From contig CAVRJV010000014.1 in assembly GCA_963721485.1 (NCBI GenBank), positions 6,373 through 70,372 on the forward strand: 64,000 nucleotides of DNA, given 5' to 3'. A program made the position numbers and the translations under genes. Within the stretch, counting starts at the first letter, position 1, and every line of letters begins with the position of its first letter. A model generated the notes under the pieces. That model was not told the origin of the DNA and did not search any database. It saw only the letters and a list, made by a program, of their open reading frames with translations. This DNA is from an uncultured delta proteobacterium (GTDB lineage Bacteria; Desulfobacterota; Binatia; Binatales; Binataceae). Below are positions 21,737-32,448 of the stretch, in pieces.

Positions 21737-22402
21737 TCACTCCGCGACGTACTCGACCATCATCTGACGTCGCGGATGACTCCAGTCGCCAATGTACCTC
21801 TGACGCCAGCCGGCCCTGGCGCCGAACTCTTCGACCGTTGCGCGCGGATAGCGGAAGCTGCGGTGCGAGTGCGATCGCGGTGATCGGTTGACGTGCGGTT
21901 TGTCCGCGATGAACCAGGTCGCATAGAAGCGCGCGCCCGGATTCATGAAGCGCCGCAGTTTGTGCATGCATGCGCGGATGTCGGACTCGGCAAGATGCGT
22001 AAAGAGGGATTGCGCGATCGCGAAGTCCGGCCGCTTCGAGAATTTCTCGAATTCGAAATTGTCCGAGACCACGAACTCGGGCGACTTGCGCCGCATCAGG
22101 TCGTGCCCGAGCTCCTTCCTGACGCCGAGTTCGATCAGCCGCTTGTGATTGTCGAGGCCGAGATAATTTCCGCGGTCGAGATACTCGATGAACTTGACGC
22201 CGGCCCGCAACGCACCGCATCCCGCGTCGAGCAGGACGTGCCCCGGCTTCAGTCCCATCCTCAGCATGAACTCGAATTGCAATTGGCCGAGCGCGTCCCA
22301 GTTGCCGCCCACGTACTCGCGATGGCCCAGCAGCCAAATCCCGAGCCGCCCATCAGGCTTGCCCAGCGCAACGAAAGCCTTTGCCTTGAGCGCGCCGATC
22401 AT
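21737..22402 (-). CDS. class I SAM-dependent methyltransferase
   Basis: Intact 221 aa with SAM motif VLDAGCGALRAG. Confidence 0.65.
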   Translation of the reverse strand: MIGALKAKAFVALGKPDGRLGIWLLGHREYVGGNWDALGQLQFEFMLRMGLKPGHVLLDAGCGALRAGVKFIEYLDRGNYLGLDNHKRLIELGVRKELGHDLMRRKSPEFVVSDNFEFEKFSKRPDFAIAQSLFTHLAESDIRACMHKLRRFMNPGARFYATWFIADKPHVNRSPRSHSHRSFRYPRATVEEFGARAGWRQRYIGDWSHPRRQMMVEYVAE

Positions 22403-22438
22403 TGCGCAAATGAGATCCCGGAGGTTCGCGAACTGGAG

Positions 22439-22792
22439 TTAGAGGTCGTCTTCACCAGATCCGTCGCCCAAATCGCCGCCGCTTTCCATCGCTTCGACGG
22501 CTTCGTCGAACTCCGCGCCGCCGAACTCGTCGCCCATCTCTTTACCCATCCGCTTCATCATCCGCGCGACGCTCTTCGGATCGTTCTCATCGACGCCGCC
22601 CATACGCGACGGGTCGGCGAGCGACTCCATCCGCGATTCCTCGCTGCGCGGCATCGCGAACCGTGACATGAGGCGGTTCATTTTTTTTCCACCGCAATGC
22701 GCGCAGACCGCCTCGACCTTCTCACTGACGCGCGTGGTCAGAACGCTGGTGACGCGGCGGCACTTCTCGCAGCGATATTCATAGATCGGCAT
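22439..22792 (-). CDS. FmdB-family zinc-ribbon protein
   Basis: MPIYEYRCEKC...CAHCGG (CxxC-CxxC) N-terminus followed by an acidic tail. The start is taken at the MPIYEY ATG (22792). Confidence 0.75.
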   Translation of the reverse strand: MPIYEYRCEKCRRVTSVLTTRVSEKVEAVCAHCGGKKMNRLMSRFAMPRSEESRMESLADPSRMGGVDENDPKSVARMMKRMGKEMGDEFGGAEFDEAVEAMESGGDLGDGSGEDDL

Positions 22793-22933
22793 ATCCGACA
22801 GTATTGTATCCGCTGCCGGCGCGGATTTCACGAGAGATTATTTCTTTAACACACTCGCATCGTGCGCTGCGCTTGATTGTGCCCGACGGGTCTGGATACT
22901 GGTCAGCGTCGAGATGAAAGTAACTGTGTACCA

Positions 22934-23719
22934 ATGAGCGACCTTCGCCTGATGTGGCGCAACACGCGGATGGTCGTGCTGTGCGCGATCTCGGCCGCGC
23001 TGTATGCCGCCGTGCTGGTGCCGTTCAAGGTGGTGCCGCTGATTCCCGGCGTCACCGAACTGCGTCCCGCCAACGCGATTCCAGTAGTGTGCTCGTTCCT
23101 GTTCGGCCCGGCGGCAGCATGGGGTTCCGCGATCGGGAACATGATCGGCGATTTCTTCGGCGGCGTGTCGCCCGGCGACATCTTCGGCTTTTTCGCGAAC
23201 CTGGCGTACGGATGGATTCCCTACAAAGTCTGGGAATTGATCGCGCGCGGCGAGAGCCCGGTTCTTAGCTCGCCGGTCGTGATCGTCAAGTACGTAGTCG
23301 CCTGCCTGGCCGCGAGCGTGCTTTGTGCCGATCTCGTCGGATGGGCCGACAACGTGCTCGTCATCCGGCCGTTCGCGATGCTCGGCAACGTGATCATCTT
23401 CAACAACATGATCTCGGCGCTGGCGCTGTCGCCGTTCATCCTCGCGGCGGTCTATCCGCGCGTCAAGAAAGGCCGGATGCTTTACACCGACGTGATGCCC
23501 GAGGAGAAGCTCAAGCCGGTGCCGATTCGCGCCACCGGTTTTGCGCTGCTGATTGCAGGCGAAGGCGGCGCGTGGATTCTTGGCAACCTGCTTTCGACCG
23601 GATTTTGGGTGCCGAAATTTCTGCCGGCGTGGATGAATGTCGCCCCGTACGACAAACCCGTCTTGATAATAGTCGGCCCGTTTCTGCTGTTGGCGTTCGC
23701 GGGCCTGTTCATGATGTGA
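22934..23719 (+). CDS. ECF-transporter substrate-specific (S) component, QueT-like
   Basis: Intact polytopic membrane protein. ELRPANAIPVVCSFLFGPAAAWGSAIGNMIGD resembles the QueT/S-component core. It lies directly upstream of the ECF A and T genes, and its stop overlaps the next start. Confidence 0.5.
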   Translation: MSDLRLMWRNTRMVVLCAISAALYAAVLVPFKVVPLIPGVTELRPANAIPVVCSFLFGPAAAWGSAIGNMIGDFFGGVSPGDIFGFFANLAYGWIPYKVWELIARGESPVLSSPVVIVKYVVACLAASVLCADLVGWADNVLVIRPFAMLGNVIIFNNMISALALSPFILAAVYPRVKKGRMLYTDVMPEEKLKPVPIRATGFALLIAGEGGAWILGNLLSTGFWVPKFLPAWMNVAPYDKPVLIIVGPFLLLAFAGLFMM

Positions 23720-25441
23720 AAACCGACGCGCAAATTGTTTCAGCGATTCCCGCCGGCACCGCAGTTGCGGTGGACGGGGTCACCTTCACTTATCACGGCG
23801 CCGAGAGGCCGGCGCTACGAGGGGTGACTTTCACCCAGAATGCCGGCGAGATGATCGGCGTGATGGGCGCGTCGGGCGCGGGCAAATCGACGCTCGCCAA
23901 ATGCCTCAACCGCATCATTCCGGAATTCGAGGACGGCGAGTTTCACGGCGCGATCCAGATCGCCGGCGAGCTGCTCGAAAATCTCCGCGTATGCGACCTC
24001 GCGCCGAAGGTCGGCATGGTCTTCCAGGATTTCGAGTCGCAGTTGTTTTCGACCAACGTCGCGCACGAAGTTGCGTTCGCGATGGAGCAGGTCGGCATGG
24101 AGCGCGCCGAGATGGACCGGCGAATCATGCCGGCTCTGGAAGCGGTCGGGCTGCGCGGCTTCGAGCATCGCGATCCGATGTCGCTGTCGGGCGGCGAGAA
24201 GCAGCGCCTCGCGATCGCGTCGGTGCTCGCGCTGCGGCCGTCGGTTATCGTGCTCGATGAGCCGACGACCGACCTCGATCCAGAGGGGCGCGCCGAAGTT
24301 TTCGAGTTGATCAAGAAACTGCGCGCACAAGGCTTGAGCCTGATTGTGATAGAGCACGAGTCTGAGGAGTTGCGCGCCGCCGATCGGATAGTCGTTTTGC
24401 GCGAGGGCGAAATCGCAGCCGACGGTCCGCCTGCCGAGGTATTCTCGCGGACCGAGCTGCTCAAGGAATGCGGCGTTCGTCCGCCCGGATTAGGTCACGC
24501 ACTCGAACTGCTCGAGATCGACGCACAACCCAAAAGCGTCGAGCAGGCTTACGAGGCGATCGTGCGCGCATATCCGCGCATCGCGACATCTCTCGTTCGC
24601 AGCGTCGTCGATCGTGCTGAACCCAAGCCGTCGGATGGTCCCGCGTTCATCGGAATCGAGAACGTCAGCTTCAGCTATGCGGGCGGACCGCGCGTGCTCG
24701 ATTCGATCGATCTCGAAGTCGAAGCGGGCGAATTTGTCGCGATCGTCGGGCAGAACGGTTCCGGCAAAACGACGCTCGCGAAACACATCGTCGGACTGCT
24801 GCAGCCGGCGGCGGGGCGCGTGACGATCGACGGCAAGGATCGCACGCAGATGCGTCCGGCGGAGACGGCGCGCGCAGTCGCGTACGTTTTTCAGAATCCG
24901 GACCATCAGATTTTCGCCGCCACGGTCGAGGACGAAGTCGCCTTCGGCCCGCGCAACTTCGGCCTGCCCGACGACGAGATTCGCCGGCGATGTGACGAGG
25001 CGCTCGAAGCGGTCGGCCTGCAGAACGAGCGCCAGAGCGACCCGTTCCTGCTCGAGCAAGGGCGAGCGCCAGCGCCTGGCGGTCGCCAGCGTGCTCGTGC
25101 TGCGGCCGCGGATGCTGATCCTCGACGAGCCGACCACCGGCCTGGACCATCGCGAGCAACTGCGCATGATGGCGCTGGTGCGCGACCTCAACCGCGCGGG
25201 AATCGCAATCGTGATCATCACGCATACGCCGTGGCTGGTGGCGGAGTATGCGCGACGCGTCGTGCTGATGCGCAAGGGCGCGAAGATTTTCGACGGCGGC
25301 GTGCGCGAGTTCTTCATGCAGGACGAGTTGCTGCGGTCGTCGTCATTTCGCGCGCCGGAAATCACCGAGCTGAGCCGCCGCTTCGGCACGCTCGCGCTGA
25401 CCACCGACGAATTCGTCGCGTGGGTGAAGGGGCGCGCCTGA
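23716..25441 (+). CDS. ecfA: ECF transporter ATPase, fused EcfA1-EcfA2 (two ABC domains); one frame break near 25055
   Basis: Walker A motifs GASGAGKST and GQNGSGKTT, and signatures LSGGEKQR and KGERQR. GTG 23716 overlaps the upstream stop. Part of chimeric ORF 23323-26163. Confidence 0.8.
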
Positions 25442-26230
25442 TGCCGATATATCTGTACATCGATCGCGGCACCTTCGTTCATCGGCTGCATCCGACGGTC
25501 AAGGTGTTCGCGCTGTTCGTGATGTTCTGGTCGGTGTACTGGGTCGACAATCCGATCGCGCTGTTGCCGGTCGGCATTGTCATGCTGCTGGATCGCGCAA
25601 CTGACCGATTCGTGGCCGAACTTTTATCGCCTGCGCTGGTTGTTCGCGATCCTGGTTTTCACCACGACGATCGCATGGATGGTTTTCTACCGGCGCGGCG
25701 CGGTGCTGGTGAACGTGCCGGTGTTTCACGTCAGCCGGTTGTCGCTGGTGTTCGGGTTCGGGCGCGGAATCAAGCTGGCGGAGTTGCTGGCGGCGTCGGT
25801 GCTGTTTCTCTCGACCACCAAAATCGAGGAGTTCACCTACGGCTTGCAGCGGATGCGGGTGCCGTATCGCGTGAGCTTCGCGATCTCGCTGTCATTTCGG
25901 TTGGTACCGCTGTTTATCGACTCGGCCGTGACGATCGTCGATGCGCAGAGACTGCGCGGCTACGACTTCAACCAGGGCGGGCCGCTCGAACGCGTGCGGC
26001 GCTACGTGCCGGTCGTGATTCCGGTTTTCATGGGCGCGCTGCGCAAGGCCAACAACATGGCGATGGCTCTGGAAGCGCGCGGCTTCGGGTTCAGCCACGA
26101 GCCGACGACCTTTATCGAGTACCCGGTGCGCCCGGTGGACATCATGGCGTTCGCTGTTTCTGATCGGTCTCGGCACGATGAATTTCATGTTCTACTGGAC
26201 CGGGATCGGCGGCATCGGACCGGTGAAATA
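25441..26230 (+). CDS. ecfT: ECF transporter transmembrane (T) component, CbiQ family; two frame breaks (about 25590 and 26158)
   Basis: The ATG overlaps the ecfA stop (TGATG). Motifs FHRLHPTVKV, RLRGYDF and MALEARGF. The C-terminus LIGLGTMNFMFYWTGIGGIGPVK is in a third frame. Confidence 0.7.
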
Positions 26231-26300
26231 ACTCAAGTAGCGTACAACCTCGCCGATGCTTACTATCGGCATTAAATTCGAAGACATCGCGAGGACTGCA

Positions 26301-27372
26301 ATGAGCGCCAAATCAGAATTTCTGAAGCATCCGATCGAACACGTCGATATCACGCGCGAGAGCGTCGTGCCGATCGTCGAGGCGATGGGGCAGATGGCAT
26401 ACAGCGCCCGCGACCTGCATCGCGCGGCGACGATTTACGATCGCATGCTGCGCGATCGCGACTGCGGCGTGATCCTGTGCCTGGCCGGTTCGCTCATCAG
26501 CGCGGGACTGAAGCGCGTCTTCGCCGACATGATTCGCAATCACATGGTCGACGCGATCGTCAGCACCGGCGCCAATATCGTCGATCAGGATTTCTTCGAG
26601 GCGCTCGGCTTCAAGCATTGGATGGCCGAGGACCGCTTCAAGTACGGGCTCGACGACGACAAGCTGCGCGAGACTGCATATCGATCGCATCTACGACACG
26701 CTGATCGACGAAGACGAACTGCGCATCTGCGACGAGACGATTCAGAAAATCACCGACAGCCTCGAGCCGCGGCCGTATCTCGTCGCGCGAATTCGTCGGC
26801 GAGATGGGCAAGTACCTGTCCGAGACCGGCGCGAAGACGCGGCGCGAGCATCGTGCTCGAGGCGTTTCGCGAAGAGGTGCCGATTTTCTGCCCCGCGTTC
26901 AGCGACTGCTCGGCCGGATTCGGACTGGTGGCGCATCAGGCGGCGCGGCACGGCAAGCCCAAGGTCTCGCATCGACAGCGCCAAGGATTTTTACGAGCTG
27001 ACGCGGCTCAAGGTGAAGAACGCAAGCACCGGGCTGTTCATGATCGGCGGCGGCGTGCCGAAGAACTTCGCGCAGGATATCGTGGTCGCCGCCGAAGTGC
27101 TGGGGCATGACGTGCCGATGCACAAGTACGCGATCCAGATCACCGTCGCCGACGTGCGCGACGGCGCGCTCTCGGGCAGCACGCTCAAGGAAGCGAGCAG
27201 CTGGGGCAAAGTCGATACGACTTACGAGCAGATGGTCTATTGCGAGGCGACGATCGCGGTGCCGCTGATCGTCGGCTACGCGTATCACAAGCGCGGCTGG
27301 GAAGGCCGCACCTCGCGCAAGTGGAGTCTCGTCGCTGGACAAGGATCAGGTGAAAGGAATCACTTTATTTAA
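26301..27372 (+). CDS. deoxyhypusine synthase family protein; four +1 frame breaks (about 26673, 26779, 26830-26847, 26970)
   Basis: Motifs ILCLAGSLISAGLK, STGANIVDQDFFEALG, LHIDRIYDT, GGGVPKNFAQD and TLKEASSWGKVD. Its last codons and stop lie inside the REP-A repeat. Confidence 0.75.
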
Positions 27373-27430
27373 TGTGAAACCCGCCGCGGTTTTCACACTT
27401 CCGTGGCAGGGGTAACCACTGCACCCAGTG
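27359..27430 (+). repeat. REP-A repeat copy 1 (72 nt, two hairpins)
   Basis: ATCACTTTATTTAATGTGAAACCCGCCGCGGTTTTCACACTTCCGTGGCAGGGGTAACCACTGCACCCAGTG. Roughly 85 percent identical (counted by eye) to the reverse complement of 44973-45044. Confidence 0.8.
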
Positions 27431-27595
27431 TCTTGTGTCATTCAGAGCGAAGCGAAGAATCCCGGTGCTTTTTGCTCTCGCGCTGTAATTGCGGGGAGAG
27501 GAGCGAGAGTAGGACGGAATTTATTCCGTCAGCCTTGTGCAGCGCGCGATTCCTTTCGCGCGCGAGTCAGGATTCCGATCTCCAAGCTCCGGCCA

Positions 27596-28640
27596 TCAAG
27601 TTCCCCGCTCGACTGGGAGCTGCGCGTCTTTCCATTCGAGCATGCCGCCTTTCAGGTTCGAGACACGCTCGAAGCCGAGGCCCGTCAGGATTGCGGCGGC
27701 GGTGGCGCTGCGGACGCCGACGCGGCATATCGTGACGATGTCGCGAGCTCTTCGCATCGGCCAGTTCGAGACTTCGTTCCGGCAGATCCTTCAAAGGAAT
27801 CAATCGCGCACCCGCGATGTGGCCCAGCTCGCCGCGATACTCTTCTTCCTCGCGAACGTCGATCAGCATCGGCGGATTCTGATTCGCAAGACGGTCGCGC
27901 AGCTCGGCGGGCGTCAATTGGCGAACCTGGTTGAGTTGCGACAGCGTGGGGAACTTCAGCGCGCCCGCGTCGACGTCGGACTCGTTGGGTTGCAGCGACT
28001 CCTGGATTCCGTCCGGCAGCGGCAGGCCGAGGTTGTTCATCAGGTTGATGTAATCATCGCGCGATTTGCCCGCCAGCCGCGGATTCGAGCGTTTCTCATC
28101 GCCGATCGTCGATTGCGTATGTCCGCGATAGTCGTGCGCTGGAAATACGAGGACGTCGTCGGGCAGCGTGAACAGCTTGCGCGTTATCGAATCGTACTGA
28201 ACGCCCGCATCACCGCCTGCGAAATCGGCGCGTCCAGTGCCGTGGATGAACAACACGTCGCCGGTGAAGACGCGATCCTTCGCGAGCAGACTAATCGAAT
28301 CGGGAGTATGCCCCGGCGTGTGAAGGACGCGAAGTTCCTCGCCGCCCAGCTTGAGCAATTGGCCGTCTTCGAGGTGGATACTGACGTGAGGCGCCGGCGC
28401 CAGAAGATGCATCGCAACCGGCGCGTCGGCCAGCGCGCCTAACTCCATCGCGCCGCTTCGATGGTCGGCATGAGTGTGAGTGTCGATGATCAAGTCGAGA
28501 TGCAATCCGTGATACGCGAGGACCGCGAGGTAGCGCTCGACCTTGTCGTTCAGGGGATCGATGATCGCCGCCTCGCGCGTCGCTTCGGAAATCGCGAGGT
28601 AGGTCTTGCACTTGCCGTGATTGAGTTCGCGGAAGATCAT
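27596..28640 (-). CDS. MBL-fold hydrolase fused to a rhodanese domain (persulfide-dioxygenase-like); one frame break near 27720
   Basis: Motifs HTHADH, HTPGHTPDS and FPAHDY. The C-terminal rhodanese (LIDVREEEEY ... ICRVGVRSATAAAILTGLGFERVSNLKGGMLEWK) is split across two frames. Confidence 0.75.
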
Positions 28641-28811
28641 TCGACTGTTCCATGCCAACGGGGCGGATGCGGCGAAAACGTTACCACCGCCGCCAGTCAA
28701 AGTCTCGGCCCGGGTAGCGGGCCTCTGGCTGCGGGGTGATTTTGCGGGAGGCAGCCGGCCGTGCTAATTAACACGGGCTCATTCCGGCGGTTTCTCTGAA
28801 GGACTAATGCG

Positions 28812-29083
28812 ATGTTGTTCGTGATTATCGGCCATGACGGACCCGACGGCGCTGCGCTGCGGCCGAAGGTGCGCGAGGCTCATCTCGCGAATCTGCGGCC
28901 GCTCGAATTGCGGGCAAGTTGAAGATCGCGGGGCCATTCACCGACGGCAGCGGCAGTCTTATCATCGTGGATATGGAGAGCGAGGCCGAGGCGCTCGCAT
29001 TCGCCAGAGCGATCCTTACGTGACCAGCGGAGTGTTCGCGCGCGTCGAGGTGAAGCCGTTCCGGCAGGTGTTTCCGGAGATAG
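28812..29083 (+). CDS. YciI-family protein; about 2 frame breaks; 3' end uncertain
   Basis: MLFVIIGHDGPDGAALRPKVREAHLANL ... KIAGPFTDGSGSLIIVDMESEAEALAFA ... DPYVTSGVFARVEVKPF. Confidence 0.55.
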
Positions 29084-29097
29084 CATGTGGAGTGTCG

Positions 29098-30310
29098 ATG
29101 GCGGGAGCTTTATCCAGTTTAAAGATCGTTGAAGTTGGCGAGATGGTGTCGGCGCCGTATTGCAGCAAGCTGCTGGCGGACATGGGCGCCGAGGTCGTCA
29201 AGGTCGAGCGGCCGGGCGTCGGCGATCGCTCGCGCACGCGCGGCCCGTTTCCCGGCGACAAGCCGAATCCCGAAACCAGCGGGCTGTTCCTCTATCTCAA
29301 CACCAACAAGCGCGGCGTCACGCTCGATATCACGCAAGCCCGAGGGCTTCGAGATTCTCGAGAAGCTGGTCGCGCGGCGCCGACATCCTGATTCACAACG
29401 TCACGCCGCCCGAGATGGATCGCGTCGGGCTCACGTACGAGCGGATGCAGTCGCGCGAATCCGAAACTGATCATGACGTCGATCACGCCGTTCGGGCTGA
29501 CGGGTCCGTATCGCGACTACCGCGCCGAGGATCTGACGATCTGGTGCGCCGGCGGCGTGTGCGTGCTCAACGGCGGCGGCCCCGAGCATCCCGAGTTGCC
29601 GCCGCTCAAGACCGCGGGCCATCAGGCGGGATACCAGGGCGGCGTGCATGGCGCGACCGCGACGATGGCCGCGGCGTTCGCGCAACTTCGCGACGGCGCG
29701 GGCCAGCATATCGAGGTGTCGGTGCAGGAATCGATCGCGTCGATGCTCGAGATGACGTTCGAGTACTGGCCGTACATGAAGATGATCGCGACGCGCCTCG
29801 GGCAGAAGCCGCTGCAGCCGGTCGAGACGATGCAGTGCAAGGACGGCTACATCTATCTGTGCTGCATCGAGGAGCATCAGTGGCGCAATTTCGTCGAAAT
29901 CATGGGAAATCCCGAGTGGGCGGAGATGGAGATTTTCAAGGACCGGCTCGTGCGCGCGCTCAACTGGGACGCGCTGCGGCCGATGCTCGAGGAATGGGTC
30001 AGCCAGCAGACGGTGCTCGATCTTGTATCGCAAGGCGCAGGCGAAGCGCGTGCCGTTCGCGCCGGTCTCGACGATGGGCGACCTGCTCAACTCGGAGCAT
30101 CTGAAGGCGCGCGGATTTTTCGTCGAGATCGCGCAGCCGGTCGCCGGCACGCATAAGTATCCGGGCGCGCCGCTCAAGTACGCGCGCACGCCGTGGGAGA
30201 TTCGGCGGCCGGCGCCGACGCTCGGGCAGCATAACGCGGAAGTCTTCGGCGGCAGCTCGGGCTTGCGCCGATGCGCGGCTCGACGAACTCAAGCGCAAGG
30301 GTGTGATTTA
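29098..30310 (+). CDS. CaiB/BaiF family III CoA-transferase (copy 1); at least 3 frame breaks
   Basis: LKIVEVGEMVSAPYCSKLLADMGAEVVKVERPGVGDRSR, then ITPFGLTGPY, then VPFAPVSTMGDLLNSEHLKARGFF, read from three frames. Confidence 0.75.
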
Positions 30311-30313
30311 GCG

Positions 30314-31559
30314 ATGGCGAAACCTCCTCTGTCGGGAATTCGAGTTTGCGATTTCACCTGGGTGTGGGCGGGACCGTACTGCACCCTGCAACTGGCGCAT
30401 CTTGGCGCCGAAGTGATTCGGATCGAGACCAAGACGCGGCCGTGCGTGACGCGGATGCTGCCGCCGTGGCCCGACGGCGTGTTCAACAGCCTCAACAAGT
30501 CGGGCTACTTCAATCAATACAACCAGGGCAAGAAATCGCTTGTCGCTGAATTTCAAGCATCCCGAGGCGAAGGAAGCGGCGTGGCGGCTGATCAAGAAGA
30601 GCGACGTCGTCATTAACAACTTCGCGGCCGGCGTGATCGAGAAGATGGGATTCGGTTACGAGGAAGTGAAGAAGGTAAATCCGAATGTAGTAATGATTAC
30701 TCTGTCGGGTTACGGCGACACCGGACCGTATAGTCATTACGTCGCGTACGGTCCGGCGCAGGTGCCGCTGTCGGGGCTGTCGGCGCTGACTGGCTATAAG
30801 GGATTCCCGCCGATGCACGCCGGGTTCAGCTACGCCGACCCCAACGCGGGCGTGCACGGCGCGTTCGCGATAATCACCGCGCTGTTCCATCGCGCGAAAA
30901 CCGGCGAGGGCCAGTACATCGACATGAGCCAGTGGGAATGCGCGATGGACCTTCTGGCAGAAGGGATTCTCGAATACACGATGAACGGGCGCGAGCCGGA
31001 GCGAAACGGAAATCGCGATCCGCTGATGGCGCCGCACGGGATGTTCAAATGCGTCGATCTGCCGGAGAAAATCCTCGACGTGACGATCGATCAATGGGTC
31101 GCAATAGTATGTGCGGACGACGCGGAATGGGCGCGACTGGCTAGGGCAATAGGTAAGCCGGAACTGGCTAATGATCCGCGATTTGCGACGCTCGCGGCGC
31201 GCAAGCAGAACGAAGACGAACTCGAAGCAATAGTCAGTGCGTGGACGGCGACGCGCAGGGTCGCATACGTAGTGGATACTCTGCAAGCGGCAGGAGTCGC
31301 GGCGGGAGCCTGCGCCGATAGCAAGTACTATCGGAGGACCCGCACCTCAAGGAGCGCGAATACTTCGTTTATCGCGATCACCCGGAAGTGGGCAAACGGC
31401 AGCATTGCGGGATTCCATGGCGGATGAGCGGGACGCCGTGCGAAGTGAAGGCGGCGGCGCCGACGCTCGGGCAGCATACCGATGAGGTGATGACGGGACT
31501 GCTCGGATACAGCCGCGGCGGAGGTCGACGCGATGCGCGCGAAGGGCGCGCTGGACTGA
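30314..31559 (+). CDS. CaiB/BaiF family III CoA-transferase (copy 2); about 3 frame breaks
   Basis: IRVCDFTWVWAGPYCTLQLAHLGAEVIRIE, ITLSGYGDTGPY and APTLGQHTDEV. Starts 3 nt after the copy 1 stop. Confidence 0.75.
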
Positions 31560-31568
31560 GGAATCGAT

Positions 31569-32411
31569 ATGCGGACGCTGAAAGTTTTGATCGACGGGCT
31601 AGCGTTTCCTGAAGGGCCGCGATGGCATGACGGGAAATTTTATTTCTCCGACATGCATGCGCATCAGGTGATTGCGGTCGATATGGCGGGAAAGCGCGAG
31701 GTGGTCTGCGAAGTGCCGGGGCGGCCGTCGGGGCTTGGATGGCTGCCGGACGGACGGATGCTCGTCGTGTCGATGACGGATCGAAAGCTGATGCGGCTGG
31801 ATCGCGACGGGCTGAAGATGGCCGCGGATATGTTCAAGCTCGCGCCGTTCGATTGCAACGACATGGTGGTCGATGCGCGCGGGCGCGCCTACGTCGGCAA
31901 TTTCGGATTCGATCTGCACAAGGGCGAGACGCCGCGCACGACGACGCTGGTGATGGTCGCGCCGGACGGCACCGCGCGCGTGGTGGCCGAAGAGATGATG
32001 TTCCCCAACGGGATGGTGATCACGCCGGATGGGAAGACGTTGATCGTCGGCGAGACGTTTGCGCGGCGACTGACGGCGTTCGATATCGGCGCGGATGGAT
32101 CGCTCGCCAATCGCCGCATCTGGGCCGAGCTTGGAAATCGTTTGCCCGATGGAATTTGCCTCGACGCGGAGAATGCAATCTGGGTGGCATGTCCGACGGC
32201 GTCGGAAGTGATCCGGGTGAAGCAGGGCGGCGAGGTTGTCGAGCGAATCAAGGTGGAGACCGACGCGTTCGCATGCATGCTCGGCGGTCCTGACGGGCGG
32301 ACGCTGTTCGTCGCGACGGCGCCGAATTCCGATCCCGAGAAATGTGCGCGCGAGCGCGGCGGCAGAATCGAAACCGCCCAAGTCGAAGTGCCGCGCGCCG
32401 GATTGCCGTGA
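31569..32411 (+). CDS. SMP-30/gluconolactonase/LRE-family protein
   Basis: Intact 280 aa. FPEGPRWHDGKFYFSD and FPNGMVITPDGKTL are beta-propeller lactonase signatures. Confidence 0.75.
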   Translation: MRTLKVLIDGLAFPEGPRWHDGKFYFSDMHAHQVIAVDMAGKREVVCEVPGRPSGLGWLPDGRMLVVSMTDRKLMRLDRDGLKMAADMFKLAPFDCNDMVVDARGRAYVGNFGFDLHKGETPRTTTLVMVAPDGTARVVAEEMMFPNGMVITPDGKTLIVGETFARRLTAFDIGADGSLANRRIWAELGNRLPDGICLDAENAIWVACPTASEVIRVKQGGEVVERIKVETDAFACMLGGPDGRTLFVATAPNSDPEKCARERGGRIETAQVEVPRAGLP

Positions 32412-32448
32412 GGAGCATACTGGCGCGAGGCCCGCTTCTCGTGGCGTA

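Noticed and set aside
22793-22933. preQ1 riboswitch upstream of the QueT-like S component.
   Set aside because: There is no small hairpin followed by the A-rich tail ending in CUA-GG that is characteristic of preQ1-I. I could not see a preQ1-II or preQ1-III pattern either.
23323-26163. 946-aa ORF that looks like a giant protein. The 720-aa ORF 59489-61651 and the 522-aa ORF 11911-13479 look similar.
   Set aside because: Each is a chimera. It is in frame with one real gene for part of its length and otherwise reads through neighbours out of frame. 23323-26163 is QueT-like (out of frame), then ecfA, then ecfT. 59489-61651 is the polyprenyl synthase N-terminus plus the FAD monooxygenase C-terminus. 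11911-13479 is the middle of the NtrC-like gene plus thiE.
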